Assembly: GCA_002269645.1 (NCBI GenBank)
Contig: NIVC01000365.1
Location: forward strand, 1 to 64,000
Source of the DNA: Macrostomum lignano
Taxonomy: Eukaryota
Direction of reading: 5' to 3'
Length of the DNA: 64,000 bases
Each line of letters opens with the position of its first letter. The stretch's first letter is position 1. Below the pieces are notes generated by a model. The model saw nothing but the letters and a program-made list of their open reading frames with translations. It did not search any database and was not told the DNA's origin. The position numbers and the translations under genes were made by a program. Below are positions 56,793 through 64,000 of this stretch, one piece after another.

Positions 56793-59700
56793 ATGTCCGT
56801 TGCTATTGCAGAGTCTTCACTTGCCAATTCAATGCAGTCAGTGAGCGGCAGTTCGAACCACATGAATCCTCAGAGTTCATCTATGCTTCCACATATGCAC
56901 CACTCACCAGGTGGAAGCAGCCAATCATCTCTATCTACTTTAGCCACAGCAGCAAATATCAGTCTCCCAAAAATAACACCAGAATATTTGCAGGAACTGT
57001 TAAAAGATAAGAAGAATCTTCAAAGCCTACCAAATTTGTTCAATCATTTGGACAAAATCCTTGAAACAGGTTAGTTTTTATATCATTGTCTTTTACTTTA
57101 GTGTATACCTTTTTATCTTAAAGAAGAATTTATAATTTTAGCTTTAAGTACAGCAATTATATTTTATAAGCTAAGAAATATTTAAATATTACAAAACTCC
57201 CTAATATATTTATATATTGACATTGTTATTATCTAGTATTAGGACTATATATTAGGTAGTATATGACAGAATGAAATTTGCTTCCCTAGCTTTTGATTTG
57301 TATGTTAGCCACTGACTTATATTACACACAAAATATACCAAGAAAAAAATAAAAAATGGCAATATATATATCTAGGCTAGGGCTTTAACTTTAAAATTAA
57401 ATCATTACAAAAATGGAACCTATTAAAAATATGCCTAATATTTTACTTAACTATAAATAATTAGTTCTTTTCTTTTTTGTTTTACTTTTGATTTTTTAGA
57501 AAAGTAAAATGCAATTTTCAGTTTAGTTGTTTGTTTTTTTATTCCTTGTTCTGTAAATCTATGTTGACAATGTTATATTTAGTCTATTTTTTGTAAAGTC
57601 ACTTTATTTGAGCCTAAAATATACACAGGTAATCAGGTATGCCATAGATCTTAGCCAAAAAATGACAAGTACCCTTGTTTGCTTAAAAATCTTGGCATAA
57701 ATGTCACCTTCTAATCTATAGTAGCCACATTGGTCTATGGCTACCTTGGTCTATCATCTATTATATCAATATATATGGAGACTATACTAAATTTGAACTT
57801 GGTCATTTTTTGTTTGCCAACTGTATATTGTTGAGACTCAGAACTTTGTCTCATCTGCTATCTTGATGATCTCTATGCCAAATTATATACCAAAAGCTAT
57901 ACTAGATCTCTCTATATGCCTATTTAAATATACTCATTATATATGCATCTAGTATTTGTCTAGATGCAGAGGCAAGGGTCACCCATTCCACGAGCCCCTA
58001 AAGGCCCACATATAGACCATAGCTGAAAGCAGGAAGGAGTGAACCGAGTCACAAAAGAAAGAGGAAAGAAGAGAAAGAAAAAAAGGACTGCTAACTACTA
58101 GACTACAGGACGAGTACCCCTGGGTCAACTTGCAAGACAGCATGGGGAGTGGGGTCTGTGGCTGCTAGCAGCAAATAGAGGGTGTAGACCTCCCACCAGC
58201 CTTAACTTGCTGAAGATAGAGGCAGGTGTAAAGCATCATAGACTATAGCCCATAGGCCTAGTCTGTCTCATACTTCATTGGCATACTGAATACACCTTTG
58301 TGTGCATAAATCAGGGGATGTGCATGTATGTAGTTGCCTATTTATATATAGTTTAAATATATAATCCTACATACTAAAATTTGTAAGCTTATTACTATTT
58401 TTACAAATTTTATATTAAAAACAAAATAAGAAAACAAAGGCAAAGGTTCAAATCTGTTATTTTCTTTTTTTTTTTGAAGTAAGTGGAGTTATTAAAATAG
58501 TAAATCAATATTCTTGAACTATTGAAAATCATCTAATTAGGAAATCATCCAATTCAAATTGCATAAAAGCCTATTTCTACTAAACCAGTAACAAAAAAAC
58601 TAAAAAACTGTTACTTTTGATTATGAAAATGTAAAATTGTTTGTGATCCTACATTATGTAGCTCTATACCTGGGATCAATATATGCTTACACACCTATTA
58701 GCATAATAGGGTATTACAATTTTTTTGATGTACTCAAATATGATTATCTCTAATGTCTATGTGTTCCTTGTATAAAACTTTATGTCTACTAGGCAAAATC
58801 ATATCCACTGGAACCTCTGAAACTCTAAAAATGTGTTATTCGTGGAATTTTTCTTTTTACCATTTTTACATACTCATTTAACATTAATAATTAAAAACAC
58901 TCAAAAAACACCAGAGATCACAAGAGTTCGCAGCCAGCTCTTCCACTTCAATGGCGCCAAGCGAGCATCTGACGATCTGCCTGAAGGCGAGGGCCCCATA
59001 GTGACGGTGCAGGAGAAAGTGTTCATTCCTGTGAAAGACAATCCCTCCTACAACTTTGTTGGCCGACTGTTGGGGCCACGCGGCATGACGGCCAAGCAGC
59101 TGGAGACCGACCTGGACTGCAAGATCATGGTCCGCGGCAAGGGCTCCATGCGGGATAAGAAAAAGGTTGGCTGGCTTTTCACTTGGCCTTAGAAATGTGT
59201 TCTCAATTAAGATCTTAGTCTGACACTCTTATTGTTATGTGGGTATTAGACCAATGCTAATCATTAGGTGGGGTATTAGACTTACACTAATCATCAGGTG
59301 GGGTATTAGACTGACACTCTAATCATAATGTGGGATACTAGACTGACACTAATCATCAGGTGGGATACTAGACTGACACTAATCATCAGGTGGGATACTA
59401 GACTGACACTAATCATCAGGTGGGATACTAGACTGACACTAATCATCAGGTGGGATACTAGACTGACACTAATCATCAGGTAGGATACTAGACTGACACT
59501 AATCATCAGGTAGGATACTAGACTGACACTAATCATCAGGTGGGATACTAGACTGACACTAATCATCAGGTAGGATACTAGACTGACACTAATCATCAGG
59601 TGGGATACTAGACTGACACTAATCATCAGGTAGGATACTAGACTGACACTAATCATCAGGTAGGATACTAGACTGACACTAATCATCAGGTAGGATACTA

Positions 59701-60341
59701 GACTGACACTAATCATCAGGTAGGATACTAGACTGGCACTAATCATCAGGTGGGATACTAGACTGACACTAATCATCAGGTGGGATACTAGACTGACACT
59801 AATCATCAGGTGGGATACTAGACTGACACTAATCATCAGGTAGGATACTAGACTGACACTAATCATCAGGTGGGATACTAGACTGACACTAATCATCAGG
59901 TAGGATACTAGACTGACACTAATCATCAGGTGGGATACTAGACTGACACTAATCATCAGGTGGGATACTAGACTGACACTAATCATCAGGTGGGATACTA
60001 GACTGACACTAATCATCAGGTAGGATACTAGACTGACACTAATCATCAGGTAGGATACTAGACTGACACTAATCATCAGGTAGGATACTAGACTGACACT
60101 AATCATCAGGTAGGATACTAGACTGACACTAATCATCAGGTGGGATACTAGATTCAATCAAATCCCAATTCCTGCGCCAATTCCGCAGGAGGACCAGAAC
60201 CGGGGCAAGCCGAACTGGGAGCACCTGGCTGAGGAGCTGCACGTGCTCATCTGCGTTGAGGACCACCAGAATCGCGCCGAAATGAAAGCCAAGCGGGCGG
60301 CCGAGGAGATCAAAGCTTTCCTTGAGCAAGCGGTCAAGATG
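56793..60341 (+). CDS. QKI: STAR-family KH RNA-binding protein (quaking/how-like), first 3 exons; 3' exons not found in window
   Basis: Exons 56793-57069 (QUA1: [20 protein letters not shown]), 58915-59165 ([31 protein letters not shown]...[13 protein letters not shown]), 60189-60341 ([19 protein letters not shown]). Family certain, exact orthology less so. Confidence 0.85.
59270..60150. repeat. 30-bp minisatellite (~29 copies), STAR gene intron 2
   Basis: GACTGACACTAATCATCAGGT(G/A)GGATACTA. Confidence 0.95.
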
Positions 60342-60879
60342 GTGAGGGTCCCCAGCTCGAACCTGCTAATGGGATTATTATTAATAACCGCGGGTCAGAA
60401 AGTGTCGCATCGGATTAGCCGCAACGCCAGCAGGGGGGCAATCGGGGCCCTCGTCAGGATGATCGATTATTGGTTGGCTCTACTTCTGCCGTCTTCTGAT
60501 GTCTTCTTCTTCTGCGAAAGATCGCCAATTGCTGTCAGACCGCTGCCCAGGGGGATTCGGGAATTCTGGACAAGGCTGGGAGAGAAATTCGATACCACTT
60601 TAACGATCATTTGAGCGCTTTCTGTAGCTGGAATATAGGATTAGGAATTCGGCACTACTGTGGGCGCCCGCGGCCCAGCCTGTTGCCCGCCTGCCCACTT
60701 CTCTGTCGCTATTTTCACTTTCTTGAGTCCTCTGCTCAAGGCTTTCTACAACTCGGCCTCTGTTTTGATCGAATAGTGGCAGCGTTTTACTTTTCTTATC
60801 ACATATTTTACACTTAGATTTCTATTGCATTTCTGTCTGAGTCTGAATCTGCCTCATCTGCCTGTCTACCCGTGTGTGT

Positions 60880-60894
60880 CTATCTGTGTCTGCC

Positions 60895-60937
<43 letters not shown>
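60880..60937. repeat. (GTCT)n microsatellite
   Basis: Directly visible. Confidence 0.8.
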
Positions 60938-60940
<3 letters not shown>

Positions 60941-61875
60941 CATCATCTCTCTATCCGTCATTTGCTACTTCTATCATTTCTGTCTCCCCCAGCTCTCACT
61001 CCCAGTCAGCCCATCACCATCGGGCGTCTTCCGTGTCAGCTGAGGGCGGCACTTTGCAGTTGCGGGGGCCTGCTTCAGCAATCACATGTGATTACGCTTG
61101 ATGCCCCGGCCTGCTGCGCTGGTTCTGCCCCTTCACTCGCCTCTCTCTCATTGCTTCTGCCCACTTTTCGACTCCAGACTCCGTTCTTCATCATCATCAT
61201 ATACTCATAGACTTGTAACTTATTCTCTGTCTCTCCGAGCTGCGTATTAATGTATTACTAGTATAACCGGCCCATGGCTGTAATAGAACTCTTAAAAAGG
61301 TGTTCTACTGCTATTAGCGGGTATGTTGCGAATCGCTGCCGACTTTAATCTTAGCCAAATTTGAGCTGCTAATTTTATTCCTGTTCCTCTCCCTGTCACT
61401 GCCTCTTAATATTTTGTCCCAGCTTGCAAAAGCTACTAATCTAGAGGGAGAGGAGGCAGGGGAGGCGGCCATGCCCAGGACAGGCCGGAGGTCGATTCGC
61501 TGCCAGGCGGCTGCGACTGCCGCTGCCGCTCGTCTCTGGCCAGCAGAAGAAGCAAATTGCTGGCGGAGCCTGTGTGCTAATTAGCTGGAGCTGGGCCGGG
61601 CTGGTCCCCCAGCTTCCCCTCTGTCTCCTCGATGCCTCCTATTCCCATTTTTGAGAGAGAGAGGCTCTGTCGATCCCGGTGCCTCATCGCATCAGCTGTT
61701 CTATCGAGGCCTAACCGGCTCTGATTATCACGCTTAACCAGCCGCAAAGACTTTCTGGCTGACCGTGATCTGTCTGTCTGTCTATCTGTAGGCCTATCCT
61801 GGGTACTCTTTCAAATTTGGAAAGTTTGTGGCATCTCTATTCAACTGTAATGTGGCAATGAGACGCCATTTTTAA

Positions 61876-62586
61876 TATAGCATTTTGCAGCCCATCTGGG
61901 CTTGCGCGCATTTAGTTTGATCCAAGATAAGTTTGCCAATGTACCGGAGCTTTTGTCTATGGTAGCAAGGCTGGCACAGCGGCATTTGGTTTGGTCCAAC
62001 AAAACTCAATTTGGTCCATAACTTCATTTGCAACTGCTGTGATGGAGCAAGATCAGTCCCGCAATTGTGGACCATATGCTAGGGCTAGGCTGTCGAACCA
62101 TTGGCTTGCGATCGAAGCGCTCGACAGAGATGAAAACCCAAATGACATTGCAAGGCTGCTGAATGTAAAAGAAAATATGGTTTACAGCATCCACCAGTGT
62201 GTTGAAACCACTGCCGGCAGAGATCGCCTGCGAAGAGGTGGCAATCGCCAAGACAAGTTGCGAGAGCCTCAGGTCCAACTGACTACTCGATGCAGTTGAG
62301 ACAAATCCTTTGTTGACGGTGCAGAAGTGCAGCAGAAGTTGAAGGAACAGCTCCAGTTAGTTATCTGATTTCGAATATCAGCAAAGCTCTAGAAAAGCGA
62401 CTGAAAATTGTTGGTAGAGACGCTGACATTCCAGCGGTACGCAATAACCAAATTGATTCTTGTTGGACCAAATTAAATGCCGCTGTGCCAGCCTCGCTAC
62501 CATAGACAAAAACTCCGTTACATTGGCTAACCTATTTGGGATTAAATTCAATGCGCGTGGGCCCAGATGGGCTGCAAAAAGCTATA
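61876..62586. mobile_element. Non-autonomous Tc1/IS630-like element with ~140-bp TIRs and an HTH remnant
   Basis: TATAGC...TTTGCAGCCCATCTGGG...CAATTTGGT (61876-~62015) inverted at ~62447-62586; internal ENPNDIARLLNVKENMVYSI...RRGGNRQDKL resembles a transposase N-terminal HTH. Confidence 0.75.
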
Positions 62587-62770
62587 CCTATTGAAGCTGC
62601 CGGATGGTCAGTAGAAGCTGTTCCTGACTATGAAAGCCTTATAGTCTATGGTCGGTCCTGGTGACCGCGCTTTAGTGTGTGAACTAGGTTGACCCAATGG
62701 AATCCAGGCGCGGTTAGCGGGACTGGCCATAAACTATGACACTGCCAGTTAAACCCATTTTTTCTATACA

Positions 62771-62850
62771 ATGGGTTGTAGCCTAGTGGTTAGAGCGGCG
62801 GGCTCACGACTGAAAGGTTGGGGGTTCGATTCAAGACTTGGCTGTACTGG
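62771..62850 (+). mobile_element. Isolated tRNA-like head of the CORE-SINE family
   Basis: GGGTTGTAGCCTAGTGGTTAGAGCG...GGTTCGATTC matches the 4172 head. Confidence 0.6.
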
Positions 62851-63654
62851 CGCACTTGTCCTACTTGAATCCAACGCAGCGCATATTCCACCCAGTATGC
62901 CTTCCATCACTCGCACGCCTTCTCACTTAATAATCACCCGAGCCTGTCGGACTTGCTCGAGGCGTCGAGGGCCGGCTGTAAGGAATTATCCAGCGAATCT
63001 GAGGCCGCCTCCTCGCATCGAAGGGATTTGGGGTGGGTGGGTGGTGGTGTGGCTGGCGTGGATGAAGACGGGAAGAGGCACGCGCCTCCCTCCTGCGGCC
63101 CTGTCCTGCCTCGCGGCTGGGAGCCCTCATGTATCAGCCATCTCCCTGTCCAGCTCCCCACGAGAGACAGTCTGGGAGATCTTCCCCAGCAGCAACACTC
63201 TTAGTATTAGTAATGAAAGTTTTTTAACCCCGTTGGTGAAAATTTGCTTCAACTGTCCCGAAAGGGCCAAGCAGCTGAGCAGATCAATTTGTACCCGGCA
63301 CTAATTGTCCGCATTGAATTCTTTCGCTTTTGTTGGCCCACATCCTCCCAAGGGAATTCCGAAACTTTGGGTCTCGTTTTATGACTCCGCCGGATACCCC
63401 CCCCCCCCAGAAAAGTTTTCTTCCCATGTTGGCCAAGAAGCGGATGAGGGCGGCCAGATCCCCCAATTTGCGTTGGGGATTTACTCGAATCTGCGCCCCG
63501 CCACACTTCTATCTATCCATCGGCCTGGTGGGCCTCTGCATCGATCCCTTTGCAATCAGGGACGGCTCCAGAGTCTGCCTTTCTGTCTCTGTCTGTCTTC
63601 AATAATATGGCCCCATTTCTCTGGCCATCTGAGTTGCACAGTTCTATGTTGCAC

Positions 63655-63658
<4 letters not shown>

Positions 63659-63702
<44 letters not shown>
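63659..63702. repeat. (CT)n microsatellite
   Basis: Directly visible. Confidence 0.9.
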
Positions 63703-63705
<3 letters not shown>

Positions 63706-64000
63706 CATTGTGTCGCAGGTAGAGCGGCGCTTTGATTCTGCCGCCTTGCAGCATATCTGTTTTCAGTTTCGTGTTAGAATGAATACGGTAGCAACAATAG
63801 CAGTTACATAATAAATCTTAACTCCTTTTATGGAGGCTCCGTGCTCAAGTGGCGCCAGTCCTGGTCTGGCGGCCTACGCGTTTTTGGTTTTGTTAAATTT
63901 CTTTTTCAACTCGAGCCCTTGGGGCAGTATAAGATATTTATGGGAAATGTCTCTGTGTTGCATTCGTTTAGAGATGAGATGGGATACGTCAGATATTATT

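Noticed and set aside
62860-63250. Possible 3' end of a non-LTR retrotransposon on the minus strand
   Set aside because: No RT motifs readable; impression only.
60342-64000. QUA2 and further STAR exons
   Set aside because: No D.LKK.QLMELAI.NG-type motif found; probably beyond the window.

Overview
Eukaryotic (animal) genomic DNA with GT-AG spliced genes. The style (very GC3-rich internal exons, minisatellite-filled introns, a splice acceptor just before several start codons) suggests a free-living flatworm such as Macrostomum; that assignment is inference. Contents: (1) four co-oriented minus-strand housekeeping genes MED14 > TRAPPC5 > CAPN7 > MRPL19 (28447-4793), each starting at a 3' splice acceptor and separated mainly by tandem arrays including a 6.1-kb 20-bp array, a candidate spliced-leader (SL) trans-spliced operon; (2) a head-to-head pair RPN1 (-) / QKI-like STAR gene (+); (3) three paralogous secreted PAN/apple + fibrinogen-domain genes (two intact, one pseudogene) and an orphan 5' exon; (4) a non-alpha nAChR-like Cys-loop subunit; (5) an intact DD34D mariner with 114-bp TIRs, a CpG-decayed mariner relic, a Merlin/ISXO2 fragment, MITEs and CORE-type SINEs. 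The most striking unexplained pattern is a three-zone layout along housekeeping transcription units: a CpG-normal promoter, then an almost CpG-free AT-rich 5' zone, then a GC/CpG-rich body whose introns and spacers each carry a private minisatellite. All alignments and counts were done by eye.
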